From a virus: a stretch of DNA of 64,000 bases. Positions 26,128 to 35,320 of this stretch are shown here, in pieces. Location of the stretch: IMG/VR virus record IMGVR_UViG_3300045988_082903, positions 1-64,000 of that record. One strand, given 5' to 3'. Each line of letters begins with the position of its first letter. Position 1 is the stretch's first letter. Both the position numbers and the translations under genes were made by a program. The notes under the pieces were generated by a model. It was not told where the DNA came from. It did not search any database and saw nothing but the letters and a program-made list of their open reading frames with translations.

Positions 26128-26325
26128 CTATTCTTCTTTAAACAGATATTCCAGATCATATTCTGGGAAAAGTTCCTTTTTAGAAAGGACTGCTTCTGGA
26201 TACGTAAAAGGTGTTTTCCCCTTTATCTTGTTCTGAATAGTCCTTTCATCAACACCAAGAACCTTTGCAAACGCTCTGATTGTAATCCCTTTATCATCAA
26301 GAACTTTCTTCAAGTTATTTAACAC
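26128..26325 (-). CDS. Cro-like HTH regulator
   Basis: GTG 26323-26325 five nt after AGGAGGGAGG; KGITIRAFAKVLGVDERTIQNKIKGK HTH; divergent from the repressor. Confidence 0.7.
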   Translation of the reverse strand: MLNNLKKVLDDKGITIRAFAKVLGVDERTIQNKIKGKTPFTYPEAVLSKKELFPEYDLEYLFKEE

Positions 26326-26345
26326 TTTAACCTCCCTCCTTTCTT

Positions 26346-26362
26346 TGTTTACCTTGTAAACA
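26346..26362. promoter_or_regulatory. Operator O1: perfect palindrome TGTTTAC-N3-GTAAACA
   Basis: Lies immediately downstream of the -10 of the leftward promoter. Confidence 0.7.
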
Positions 26363-26363
26363 C

Positions 26364-26392
26364 AGTATAGTCCCTGAGATAACATTTGTCAA
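26364..26392 (-). promoter_or_regulatory. Early leftward promoter (PR-like)
   Basis: TTGACA - 17 nt - TATACT on the minus strand. Confidence 0.7.
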
Positions 26393-26400
26393 TAGTTTTT

Positions 26401-26417
26401 TGTTGACTTTGTAAACA
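26401..26417. promoter_or_regulatory. Operator O2: TGTTGAC-N3-GTAAACA (one mismatch)
   Basis: Overlaps the -35 of the rightward promoter; centre is 55 bp from O1. Confidence 0.6.
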
Positions 26418-26431
26418 TTTTATGGTACTAT
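26403..26431 (+). promoter_or_regulatory. Repressor-gene promoter (PRM-like)
   Basis: TTGACT - 17 nt - TGgTACTAT. Confidence 0.6.
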
Positions 26432-26454
26432 ATTTTCAGAAAGGAGGAATTAAA

Positions 26455-26817
26455 TTGAAAGACAGATTTAAAGAGTTGCGAAAAAAATTGAACGTAACTC
26501 AGCAAGAATTTGCAGATAAGCTGAAAATAAGTAGGAATTTTGTAGCGCAAATTGAAATAGGAAACAAAGTTCCCTCAGATCGAACAATTGATGATGTTTG
26601 TAAAGAATTTAATGTTCGTGAAGAATGGCTTAAAAATGGCGAAGGCGAGATGTTTTATCCAGTTAAAAGGAATGATGAAATTTCGAAATTACTTGGATAT
26701 GTTACAAAAGCTGATGATGACGATTTTAAATATCGTCTCATAAATGCTTTAGCAAGGCTTGATGATTCTGGATGGGATAAATTAGAAAAGCTAATCGATG
26801 CAATTTCAGCAAAATAA
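26455..26817 (+). CDS. XRE-family HTH repressor (CI-like)
   Basis: TTG 26455 after AAAGGAGG; LNVTQQEFADKLKISRNFVAQIEIGNKVPS HTH. Confidence 0.8.
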   Translation: MKDRFKELRKKLNVTQQEFADKLKISRNFVAQIEIGNKVPSDRTIDDVCKEFNVREEWLKNGEGEMFYPVKRNDEISKLLGYVTKADDDDFKYRLINALARLDDSGWDKLEKLIDAISAK

Positions 26818-26822
26818 AAGAA

Positions 26823-26862
26823 AAGACAAGGGCAATGCGCAAACCCTTGTCTTTTTCTTTTT
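26823..26862 (+). terminator. Intrinsic terminator after the repressor gene
   Basis: AAGACAAGGG / CCCTTGTCTT stem followed by a T-rich run. Confidence 0.8.
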
Positions 26863-26959
26863 ATTCAACTAATGTTTTTATAAATACGTATATTGTTCTT
26901 AACCAACGAGCGTTTTCTATTTTTTCTATCATCTCAATAATTTCTTTCTTGTAATCCAC
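26861..26959 (-). CDS. Possible 32-aa peptide
   Basis: GTG after GGGAGGG; (M)DYKKEIIEMIEKIENARWLRTIYVFIKTLVE; weak support only. Confidence 0.25.
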   Translation of the reverse strand: MDYKKEIIEMIEKIENARWLRTIYVFIKTLVE

Positions 26960-27004
26960 GTAAATCCCTCCCAATATTCCAAACATTTGTTCTCATTTAT
27001 TAAA

Positions 27005-27361
27005 TTATATCATGTTTTTATAACCATATACTGGGATAGAATTGTTTCCGCTTAAATCTTTCCTGGCAAACTGATTTATTCTGATTTTTCTATGAATTAT
27101 AAGTTTTTTTGTGTAAATATTGTGATTTTTGCTTTTCCAAATCGTAATAATAATAGATAGAAATAAAGGGGCTGGATGCTTGTCAGCGAGGGATTTATAG
27201 CGCTCATGGCCAACCTGTTTTACCTCTGCTTTTGCAATTGCGATAGTTTTACCCCTCCCAAAGATAATACTATGCTCCGGGCAGAAGTAAACATATTGAA
27301 TCAAGAGCACATGCACGAATATCAGTATAAACACAATTATGATTTTTTTATGTTTCTCCAT
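27005..27361 (-). CDS. Hypothetical protein with N-terminal signal/TM helix
   Basis: ATG seven nt after AAAGGGGA; KKIIIVFILIFVHVLLI; divergent from the LytTR gene. Confidence 0.5.
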   Translation of the reverse strand: MEKHKKIIIVFILIFVHVLLIQYVYFCPEHSIIFGRGKTIAIAKAEVKQVGHERYKSLADKHPAPLFLSIIITIWKSKNHNIYTKKLIIHRKIRINQFARKDLSGNNSIPVYGYKNMI

Positions 27362-27439
27362 GAATCCATCCCCTTTACACTATCATCTTAATGTATTACA
27401 ATAACATTGTATCAAAAAATATACAATTACACAGAAAAT

Positions 27440-27469
27440 GGCGAAATTAGCACCTCTGGTGGCGAATTT
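27440..27469. promoter_or_regulatory. 9-12-9 direct repeat (GGCGAAATT-N12-GGCGAATTT), LytTR-site architecture
   Basis: Read directly; ends 22 nt upstream of the LytTR gene start codon. Confidence 0.55.
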
Positions 27470-27491
27470 TACATGAAAAGGGATGATTTGA

Positions 27492-28193
27492 ATGCGAATT
27501 GCAATATGTGATGATAACGAAATCCAGATTGGTATATTTATGCATCGGATTAATAATTTTCTCAAACGAAATGGTGATATAAAAGCATTGATTACTCCGT
27601 ATGATAAAGGACAGCCACTTATTGATGATGTGGCAGATGGCGAATGGTATGATATTGTAGTTTTGGATATCGTTTTGAGAGAAGAAAATGGAATTGAAGT
27701 TGCAAAGGAATTGAGATTAAATGGCTATGATGGAAATATTATTTTCTGGACAGCCCACAAAGAGTATGTTTTTGAAGCTCTTGATTTACTCCCAATTCAC
27801 TATATTATAAAAGGATCTGAAAATGGCAGAATGTATACTGCTTTCAATCATGCTCTGGAACATATCAGCAAAAGCACTCTTATGATAAAAGGAAAAGACT
27901 TTATTCATCGGGTGGAATTTCAAAATATAGAATATATTGAGAGCCAAAACAAATACATCATTATTCACTGCACTTGCGGTATAGTTTATATGGAACGATG
28001 TAAAATGTCTGATATTGAAGAATTACTGGATTCCAGATTCTTGAGATGTCACCAGAGCTACATAATAAACATGGATGAGGTAAAAGAAATAAATACTTCG
28101 TTCCTTATGTTTTCTGGGAATACTGTGCCAATCAGAAGAAAAGACTTTGCGAAAATAAGAAACGAATTTGAAGAATATACGACATTTAAGTAG
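27492..28193 (+). CDS. Orphan LytTR-family response regulator
   Basis: Receiver domain (MRIAICDDN...VVLDIVL) plus C-terminal LytTR domain (FLRCHQSYIINMD...VPIRR); no kinase in window. Confidence 0.85.
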   Translation: MRIAICDDNEIQIGIFMHRINNFLKRNGDIKALITPYDKGQPLIDDVADGEWYDIVVLDIVLREENGIEVAKELRLNGYDGNIIFWTAHKEYVFEALDLLPIHYIIKGSENGRMYTAFNHALEHISKSTLMIKGKDFIHRVEFQNIEYIESQNKYIIIHCTCGIVYMERCKMSDIEELLDSRFLRCHQSYIINMDEVKEINTSFLMFSGNTVPIRRKDFAKIRNEFEEYTTFK

Positions 28194-28215
28194 CTCCCGG
28201 GGAAAGCCCCGGGAG
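28194..28215. terminator. GC-rich hairpin between convergent LytTR and endolysin genes
   Basis: CTCCCGGGG aaag CCCCGGGAG, T-rich on the plus side. Confidence 0.75.
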
Positions 28216-28220
28216 TATTA

Positions 28221-29027
28221 TTATTTCAGTAATTCATTGACTTTTTTCTGCACTTCTGTGTAGTTGTAGCCAGCAGCTTCCAGGCGGTCTCGTCTATCTT
28301 GTCCATTTCCCCATTCACCGTTGATTACCTCTTTTGCAACCTTGTCTACACTTTTCTTTGCTGTTACAGAATACACTGCTTTCCCATTCCAGTCAAAAAC
28401 AGAGTAACCGGCTTTGCAAGCCTTCTTTGCATTTTTCAGTGACTTGTAAGCCCCGATCTGGCTCTTGGAATCCTTCCAGGTCTTACGAATTCGGTAATAC
28501 TTATCAACCTTTACCGTAGGCTTTGTGGTTGGCACTGTCACGGTTTCACTGGAAATGAGCTTCTTGAATCTCGCCCAGTCACCCTTTCCACGGATAACGG
28601 ATGGACAATTCTTAGCGCACACATCGTAGTGCTGCACTACTCGGCTTGCTGGGATTCCGTATTTCTTCATAAGCTGCTTGCACACATCAACGGTATTCTG
28701 GAATGCTTTTTCGTAGTTATATCCAGCATTCATGCACATTTCAATTCCAATAGAGTTGTGATTGTTTACAGTTCCAAAAAGCTTACCGCCGTAATTTACT
28801 CCAACGTGCCAAGCTCCACGATTATACGGCAAGGCTTGGTATGCTGACTTATCGTCAACGAATACGTGGGCTGAATAGCCATGAAAATTGCCATTATGCT
28901 GTGCGGTGGCGTGTGCCTTAGCGTCTGCTGTCTTGGCTGTATTATCCGTATTATGAATGACAATATACAGAGGTGTTTGTCCTGCGTAGCTGTTGTTGTT
29001 GCTAATTAATGAGGTATTGATATTCAT
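28221..29027 (-). CDS. Endolysin: N-acetylmuramoyl-L-alanine amidase with Cpl-7-like C-terminal repeat
   Basis: Amidase_2-type N-domain (YIVIHNTDN...HVGV...SIGIEMC); C-terminal GEWGNGQDRRDRLEAAGYNYTEVQKKVNELL. Confidence 0.9.
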   Translation of the reverse strand: MNINTSLISNNNSYAGQTPLYIVIHNTDNTAKTADAKAHATAQHNGNFHGYSAHVFVDDKSAYQALPYNRGAWHVGVNYGGKLFGTVNNHNSIGIEMCMNAGYNYEKAFQNTVDVCKQLMKKYGIPASRVVQHYDVCAKNCPSVIRGKGDWARFKKLISSETVTVPTTKPTVKVDKYYRIRKTWKDSKSQIGAYKSLKNAKKACKAGYSVFDWNGKAVYSVTAKKSVDKVAKEVINGEWGNGQDRRDRLEAAGYNYTEVQKKVNELLK

Positions 29028-29062
29028 GTATGGTCTCCTTTCATGTTTGGGTTAAAAAGTGC

Positions 29063-29090
29063 ATAATAAAAAGCACCCCAAATGGGATGC
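29063..29090 (-). terminator. Intrinsic terminator between the GIY-YIG gene and the endolysin
   Basis: Minus strand GCATCCC attt GGGGTGC then TTTTTATTAT; only about 35 nt remain before the endolysin start. Confidence 0.6.
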
Positions 29091-29166
29091 TCTTTAGCAT
29101 AAACTCTTTATACAATATATCTCTTATGATTAAATTTCACAGAATCGTGGCTGATTTTAGCATAAA

Positions 29167-30177
29167 TCATTGTGGTATCAATTCTTTATATCTCCAAATA
29201 TAGCCGTTTGCAGTTTTACGTATTCCTTTGCATACATTATTAATTTCTTTTCTATCTACTTTTGCTTTCTTGGATGCTTCTAACACTGATTCAAATTCAG
29301 CTATATAATTCATATCTTCATCAAATTGAATAACTGCTTTTCTCTGATGGTGTATTGTGTGTGCTTCTTTAACAATATTATTTATTACACTATTATTACC
29401 TCTTATTTCTTCATACTCTTCTTCATATATCCAAATGTATCCACCAGAAGTTTTTAATTTATGAATACAGTTATAATTAATTCCATTTCTTCTTACACCT
29501 GTTGTTTTTGATGCTTTACAAATATTATCGAATCTAGCAATAAAATTCATTTGAAGATCAAGTTGGACTACAGGTCTTGCATTTGGATGTTCAAATTCCT
29601 TATTAACCAAACTTAATATTTTCTCTTTATTATAGCGGTTACTCAAGTATTCGTTTTCGTGTAGCCAAATATATCCTCCGGCAGTATAGTATCCTTCTCT
29701 ATGCTTACACACAAGTGAAATTTTACTTAAATCTATATCGTTTGCTTCACTTGCTTCTTTTATAGAGTCATAGCGGTTTAAGTAATTAAAACTTTTGTCA
29801 AACTGAACAACCGGAACCATAAGAGATAAATTTTTAGCGCCTTCACCGCCAGTGCAAATATTATAACCGTATTTAGAATCAGTTGTCTTTAATTCTGAAA
29901 TTGTTTTAATTTCAAATTTATTTGCTTCTTCTAGGCTTAAATTATCATACAATATTTTTGCTTCGAAATTTTCAATTCCATATTTTTGAATAGCATTATA
30001 AAAACGTATGCAATGTTTATATCCTTGCCCCTTTTTACTCCCAGCTCTAATTTTTAATGTTCTGCAAGTCTGACCAACATACTTTTTCCCGTTTATTTTA
30101 TTGGTATAAACATACACTTTATAATTATTCTTCTTTAAAATTCTTTGTTCCATTTTATTTTCCCTATTATTTTCCAT
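29167..30177 (-). CDS. Free-standing GIY-YIG homing-endonuclease-like protein with three repeated DNA-binding modules
   Basis: KVYVYTN..KKYVGQT..R......YNAIQKYG..NF; three copies of V(V/I)QFD..MN(Y/F)I..F.S...AS......I...C......GGYIW. Confidence 0.8.
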   Translation of the reverse strand: MENNRENKMEQRILKKNNYKVYVYTNKINGKKYVGQTCRTLKIRAGSKKGQGYKHCIRFYNAIQKYGIENFEAKILYDNLSLEEANKFEIKTISELKTTDSKYGYNICTGGEGAKNLSLMVPVVQFDKSFNYLNRYDSIKEASEANDIDLSKISLVCKHREGYYTAGGYIWLHENEYLSNRYNKEKILSLVNKEFEHPNARPVVQLDLQMNFIARFDNICKASKTTGVRRNGINYNCIHKLKTSGGYIWIYEEEYEEIRGNNSVINNIVKEAHTIHHQRKAVIQFDEDMNYIAEFESVLEASKKAKVDRKEINNVCKGIRKTANGYIWRYKELIPQ

Positions 30178-30198
30178 AAAAAATACCCTCCTTTTGGG

Positions 30199-30227
30199 TT
30201 CACAAAGGGAGAGTACTGTGCTATAAT
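30199..30227 (+). promoter_or_regulatory. Promoter-like element antisense to the GIY-YIG leader
   Basis: TTCACA - 17 nt - TGcTATAAT. Confidence 0.4.
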
Positions 30228-30251
30228 AATACTGTACCCTTTGTGGTGCTT

Positions 30252-30300
30252 GGAGCTGAGTTTTTTGATTGGTAGTCGGGAACTCAGCTCCATTTTTGTT
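30252..30300 (+). terminator. Intrinsic terminator oriented for the plus strand
   Basis: GGAGCTGAGTT / AACTCAGCTCC perfect 11-bp stem, then ATTTTTGTT. Confidence 0.6.
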
Positions 30301-30774
30301 ATTCCGATTTTGATATGCTGATTATAGCATATTCATTTTATGTTTGGTAGTGTTTTGTTATTTTTTCTTGCTTCTCTAACAAACTCTATAGTGACAGAAA
30401 TTTTTTTATAAATTCACAAAGCAACACATATGACAATTTTGAAGCGGTATTTAATAAATGTTTGAAACTCTCAATCATCGGAGTAGAAAAAGTTTTCTGT
30501 GCAAATATAAAATCACTTGAAAGTTATTGTATCGTAAAATTCTACAAACGTTCCGATGATTCGGCAAAGATGATTGTATTTAGGTACGACGGTATTACTA
30601 TTGTTGACGGAGCTACAAATTCATTACTTATAAAATCAATCGTTGCAGAATAAAGTGAAAAAGCAAACAACATATTTTCACGAAATCAAGAATTTTTATC
30701 GCTTCTTACCACAAAACTATATGTCAGAAATAAATTCGAAAATATTTGGAATGAGTGGAAAGAAAAATAATTAT

Positions 30775-31230
30775 TTATCCGATTCTTTTACAAGAGACCC
30801 AAACACCACTTGATTTATATGCTATGGTAATCTGTGTAGAATTGGCACAAAGTAAACAGGCGTCAGAACCTCCGCTGCTTGGTAAAAATATTCCAAAAGA
30901 CCATGATGGAATTTTTTCACCTGTACTACCCACATCAATACCAGTGCTACCTATTGATATTAATTTAGCTTTATTTCCATCCGGTAATTGTGTAATGTTT
31001 TCTGTCTTTCGTGATAATGAGTCACTATTTAGTACATTTATTGCCCCGATGATTGTCTTGTTATTTGTCTCCAATTTCGAGATCACAGCCGTTGCCATTT
31101 TACCAACGACATAATCCCAAAACTTGCTCATTAATCCGCGCTTATTCGCTCTCCCAGTTGCGTCATACAGCATTACTTCGTCATTATCCGCTAACGTATC
31201 TTTTGATGTGTATTCCGACCATTTCGGCAT
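30775..31230 (-). CDS. Hypothetical tail-associated protein
   Basis: 151-aa ORF downstream of the tail fibre gene. Confidence 0.5.
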   Translation of the reverse strand: MPKWSEYTSKDTLADNDEVMLYDATGRANKRGLMSKFWDYVVGKMATAVISKLETNNKTIIGAINVLNSDSLSRKTENITQLPDGNKAKLISIGSTGIDVGSTGEKIPSWSFGIFLPSSGGSDACLLCANSTQITIAYKSSGVWVSCKRIG

Positions 31231-31244
31231 GTTGTTTCCCTCCT

Positions 31245-31451
31245 TTAATTCAACTGATTTTTATTGATATAATCTTCAATTGCCTTAACGTTTGCAGAAA
31301 TCCCCTCGTCAAAAATGAGAAAATTTCCTTTCTCATTCTGGCTCAAAACCTTTCCACTTTCGGTATCAATCGTTGAGTAGGTAAAGGCGATTCTATCACC
31401 CTCTCCTGTTGACAGTTTCATAAATGATGTAAGCTTTTTAATCATGCTCAT
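31245..31451 (-). CDS. Hypothetical small protein
   Basis: 68-aa ORF overlapping the fibre gene by 4 nt. Confidence 0.5.
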   Translation of the reverse strand: MSMIKKLTSFMKLSTGEGDRIAFTYSTIDTESGKVLSQNEKGNFLIFDEGISANVKAIEDYINKNQLN

Positions 31452-34400
31452 AATAATTCTCCTTCCATTTCTTGTATGATTTTTTCACGTTCTTCGAACA
31501 TTACATTTTCAAGGTTGACTGTTTCAAAATTCACTTCTCTGTCTTCTTTTCCGGCATTGAAACGGATATACTCTTTGTTCTTCTGTTTAGCTTTCAGCTC
31601 CCATGCAAACCGCAATCCTGGGGTTCCCTTTACAACAAAATAGGTATCTGACTTTTCAGATACCCAAGATTGCCCCTCGCCCTCGTTCTGAAGGAACACA
31701 TAGTATTCAATTGCTGTTTCTGTAGATTCCTGGAATATATCATCAATTGAGATGATTGCCATTCCGTCTTTCCCAATTACTCCACCGCCAAAATCTCCCA
31801 AAGTCGGGGTTGGGGTTTCATAGCAATAAAATAGCTGTTCTCCATAGTTGTCTGTTTCTGCTTTTATGGATTTTGTGCCAGAAACCGAGAAATCCCCAAG
31901 TATATTAACATCTGAGTTAAATTGTGTACGTCCTAAATAATGCTTTGAGCCGTCTGTAAATCCATCTTCTGTAACTGTATTATGTAGTACTAAATTTAGC
32001 GAATTAGCGTAAGAAGATACAATACCGCTTGCACTGTATTTAATAAATTCTCCTTGCGCATCCATAGCAAGTACTGAGGGCGAATTATATTCATCTCCTA
32101 CTTTAATCTGTAGTAATCCGTTTTTTTCATTATAAATTCGGTTGTTTTGAATCGTAAATCCGCCTATAGTGGCTCCAATTGCCGCAAGCTCCGTAACGGA
32201 CATTTTTTCAGCCGTGACCGCTTTTGCGGCTAATTTTTCTGCGGTTACTGCACCAGCTGCTATAGCATTAGCGGCTATACTCAACGCTTTAATAAATTGT
32301 CCATTTATATAGATATTTCCTCTTGTATCTAAGTAAATGCCTTGTGCAGTTCCGTTTTTTGTGAGTTTGTTGAAAATATCTGTTTGTGTCTGTCCGGAAA
32401 CTGCAGTACTAGCAGAAGAATCTGCAATTTCCTTTACCGTTTTCCCTTGTAAGGAAAAAGTTTTTGGAGCTAGTATGACGTTTCCTTTACTATCGATTTC
32501 TAAAGTTACTTTATTGTTATCATCAATAACTTTTAGCCCTCTACCGTTAATTCTCTCACCGGCAAGCAATCCAGCTAAAATGTATTTTGCATTGATATAT
32601 ACTTTTCCGTCTTGAATATAGATTCCCTGTTCCGTTCCGCCTTTTGTGAGTTTATTGAACACTTCATCCTGTCCAAGACTGGTGTCGTAATTGTCAATTG
32701 CATTTTTGATATCATCTTTGTCTGCATACTTGAAATCTATCCAATCAGATGCGTCAAAATCTCCATCAACACGATTTACATTGGAGGTTTTGAGGGAAGC
32801 CTTTCCTTCACTGTTGGTTGTTACCCACAAGTCACCTTTGTAATATGGTGGTTTCGGCTGAACCATATAGACAGATGATTTACCGTCTATCTTGTCCAAT
32901 AATTCATCTGGAATAGATTGTGGCTGCCAGATTCCAGATTTGTATATCCATTGTGTGTTATCAGAAGTATTGTGCCAAAGGTCTCCTTCATGCTCTACTT
33001 TCTCTGATTCCCAAATTAGAACGATTTCATTTCCACTGGTGTCCAGTATCTTATTTCCATCTATATCAATCCATGGTTTTTCTTCTACTCTTGTCCAGTC
33101 TAGTGAAGGATCACTAGACTGATACCAGGTTTCTATTTTTCCATCTATCTGTGTCTTTAAAGAATTAAGAGAATCTTTAAAAACTCCATTGATAAATAAG
33201 TCCAAAGAGCTATCATCCGTATATTTTGAAGCTTTTTCCCAATCAGAAGAGTCATAAGAACCGCTTGCTCTAGCAACTCTACATCTCATCAAGTCACCAT
33301 TAGAGCCTTGCGTCCATAAGTCTCCAATGTCATAAGGTGGCTCTGGCTGAACGACGAATACTCTGCGCTTATGGTTTGCTGTGTCCTGTGCTTTTTCTGC
33401 AGAGGCAAGTGCTAACGTGATATCGGTATCTTGTACCAATTGCCACTTCCATGTTGCCCCATCTTGCATAAAACGGTAAGCATATCCCTTGGATTTCCAG
33501 TAAAACAAGTCACCCTCATGTTTCTTTCGTTCTTCGTTTGTAGTCCATCCAGAAGCCGGGATATTCTGTAAGGTTGGTTCATAGTCATAAAAAAAAGTCT
33601 CAATCTGTCCGTCGATTTGAGACTGTAAATTATTAATATCAGTTGTGTATGTATTGCTGATAAAATTATTTACTTCTGTTTCTGCTTTTTCCTTTGCAAT
33701 CGCATTAACATCTTTTCCCTTGATTTGTACAGAATCTGCATTAATAATAACCCTTCCTGTTGTTACATCAACCAGGAAAGTTGTGTTTCCATCTTTATCA
33801 ATAGCCTTAATGGTTCCCGTATTAATCCAGTCAGCATTAACACCTGTAGCCGTAAGGATTCTGGCAATCACATCACCATCAACAGTCATACCGCCATTCC
33901 AATGTTGTCCACCATCTGTAGAAACAGCCCACGCTTCCGCAGTCATTTTCCATACAATATCAGAATCGGACAACTGTGGCTTGTTATGAAGATAATAGAT
34001 GTTGCTTCCGTCCGGCTGTGTTTCTACTGTCGTGTATGTTCCAGAAGATTCCGCAAGGCGTTTCGATAATTCTTCCAGTGCCTTTTCTCTGGCGGTACGT
34101 TCATCCCTTAAATTCTTTTTGTTTTCAGCTTGCACCTGTTGACCAAGTGTATACTGTTTCTGCTTATTCCTAGATACACTCTTAGCACTGCATTCAAGTT
34201 GCTCAAATGTGCCTGGATTCAAAGCAACAGAAGTTAGAAAACTCTTATACTGTTTCCCGTTTCTGTCAGAAATCTCAATGGTGTCACCAGCTTCCCATGC
34301 TATATTAGTCAATGCGCCTGTGGTAAATGGTCTGAATTTCAGCCCCACGCACCTGTCTGCGATAATTTGACAGATTTTCTCGCCAGAGCCCTCTTGAATT

Positions 34401-35317
34401 AGTTTATTATCACTGATTTCGATAACGTATCCAGATTTCCCCGACTGATATGTTTTCGCTTCATTTTGAGAAGAATTTTCAACGTATTCTGTAACTTTTA
34501 TGCCTGTTATTTCAACATCATATAACCATGGTGTGAATCCATTCGTATCTATGGCTGTAATACCCTTTTGCATAACAGTGATAATCTGTGCGCCAGTGGT
34601 ATCTAAGATATCTTTCCCTTCAATATCTTTCCATGGTACTTCTTCCTTATTATAAAAATCGTCTGGCACTTCATTTTTATACCAGCCAAGGCACAATCTG
34701 CCGTATGCATCTGTTTTCGCCCACTGACAGCCCATCTGTGCTATCCATGCAATTACCTGTCTGAAGGTAATACTGCTATCATCTGGTCGATTCTGTATTA
34801 TCAAATCATCGTTATCAAACCTTGTAGATTGAAGTGTTACTCCGCACACCTCGCAAGCATCCTGGATGATTTGAAGTCTTGTTGCCGGATAAGTCAGTTT
34901 ACTATCAGAATAATCACGATCAAATAATCGCATGGAATCTTCGCAAGTTAGGCTGATAATAGCTGTGTTCTGATATGGTGCATCTGTTACTGTCATGGTA
35001 CAGATACGGATTTTTTCAATACCAGTAGACAATTCAAGCCCAATATGGCAAACGACTCTCGCTCCGTCCCAGATGTAATCTGTGTAGTTGCTAGAAAAGT
35101 TGTTGATCTGTAATGTCAGCTTATTTACGATAGCAGCTCCAATATCAAAGGAACCGCTTTGCGATACTGCATCCTCAAACTTGAAGCCATTAGACCATAA
35201 ATCTTTGTCAGTAATGGATAATTTGCTTCCGTCCGTAAAGGTAAAATCTGCATATTTCAAATAGTTACGGTTCCCACTATTCTGTTGTTCTTTAAATTCC
35301 GTTGATAAATTTCGCAT
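31448..35317 (-). CDS. Large tail protein (Tal / tail fibre, host-recognition)
   Basis: 1289 aa after the small tail protein; internal duplicated modules (QIDGxIET...HEGDL..W...V(F/Y).VQP.PPY..GDLW...DW twice; FNKLTK.GT.QGIY twice). Confidence 0.8.
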   Translation of the reverse strand: MRNLSTEFKEQQNSGNRNYLKYADFTFTDGSKLSITDKDLWSNGFKFEDAVSQSGSFDIGAAIVNKLTLQINNFSSNYTDYIWDGARVVCHIGLELSTGIEKIRICTMTVTDAPYQNTAIISLTCEDSMRLFDRDYSDSKLTYPATRLQIIQDACEVCGVTLQSTRFDNDDLIIQNRPDDSSITFRQVIAWIAQMGCQWAKTDAYGRLCLGWYKNEVPDDFYNKEEVPWKDIEGKDILDTTGAQIITVMQKGITAIDTNGFTPWLYDVEITGIKVTEYVENSSQNEAKTYQSGKSGYVIEISDNKLIQEGSGEKICQIIADRCVGLKFRPFTTGALTNIAWEAGDTIEISDRNGKQYKSFLTSVALNPGTFEQLECSAKSVSRNKQKQYTLGQQVQAENKKNLRDERTAREKALEELSKRLAESSGTYTTVETQPDGSNIYYLHNKPQLSDSDIVWKMTAEAWAVSTDGGQHWNGGMTVDGDVIARILTATGVNADWINTGTIKAIDKDGNTTFLVDVTTGRVIINADSVQIKGKDVNAIAKEKAETEVNNFISNTYTTDINNLQSQIDGQIETFFYDYEPTLQNIPASGWTTNEERKKHEGDLFYWKSKGYAYRFMQDGATWKWQLVQDTDITLALASAEKAQDTANHKRRVFVVQPEPPYDIGDLWTQGSNGDLMRCRVARASGSYDSSDWEKASKYTDDSSLDLFINGVFKDSLNSLKTQIDGKIETWYQSSDPSLDWTRVEEKPWIDIDGNKILDTSGNEIVLIWESEKVEHEGDLWHNTSDNTQWIYKSGIWQPQSIPDELLDKIDGKSSVYMVQPKPPYYKGDLWVTTNSEGKASLKTSNVNRVDGDFDASDWIDFKYADKDDIKNAIDNYDTSLGQDEVFNKLTKGGTEQGIYIQDGKVYINAKYILAGLLAGERINGRGLKVIDDNNKVTLEIDSKGNVILAPKTFSLQGKTVKEIADSSASTAVSGQTQTDIFNKLTKNGTAQGIYLDTRGNIYINGQFIKALSIAANAIAAGAVTAEKLAAKAVTAEKMSVTELAAIGATIGGFTIQNNRIYNEKNGLLQIKVGDEYNSPSVLAMDAQGEFIKYSASGIVSSYANSLNLVLHNTVTEDGFTDGSKHYLGRTQFNSDVNILGDFSVSGTKSIKAETDNYGEQLFYCYETPTPTLGDFGGGVIGKDGMAIISIDDIFQESTETAIEYYVFLQNEGEGQSWVSEKSDTYFVVKGTPGLRFAWELKAKQKNKEYIRFNAGKEDREVNFETVNLENVMFEEREKIIQEMEGELL

Positions 35318-35320
35318 ATC

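Noticed and set aside
26006-26236. 76-aa plus-strand ORF spanning the terminator and the 3' end of the cro-like gene
   Set aside because: It runs through a strong hairpin plus T7 terminator and is antisense to a supported gene. It has no SD.
30462-30653. 63-aa plus-strand ORF in the gap upstream of the GIY-YIG gene
   Set aside because: It has a TTG start without any SD-like sequence or promoter. I treat the region as non-coding until shown otherwise.
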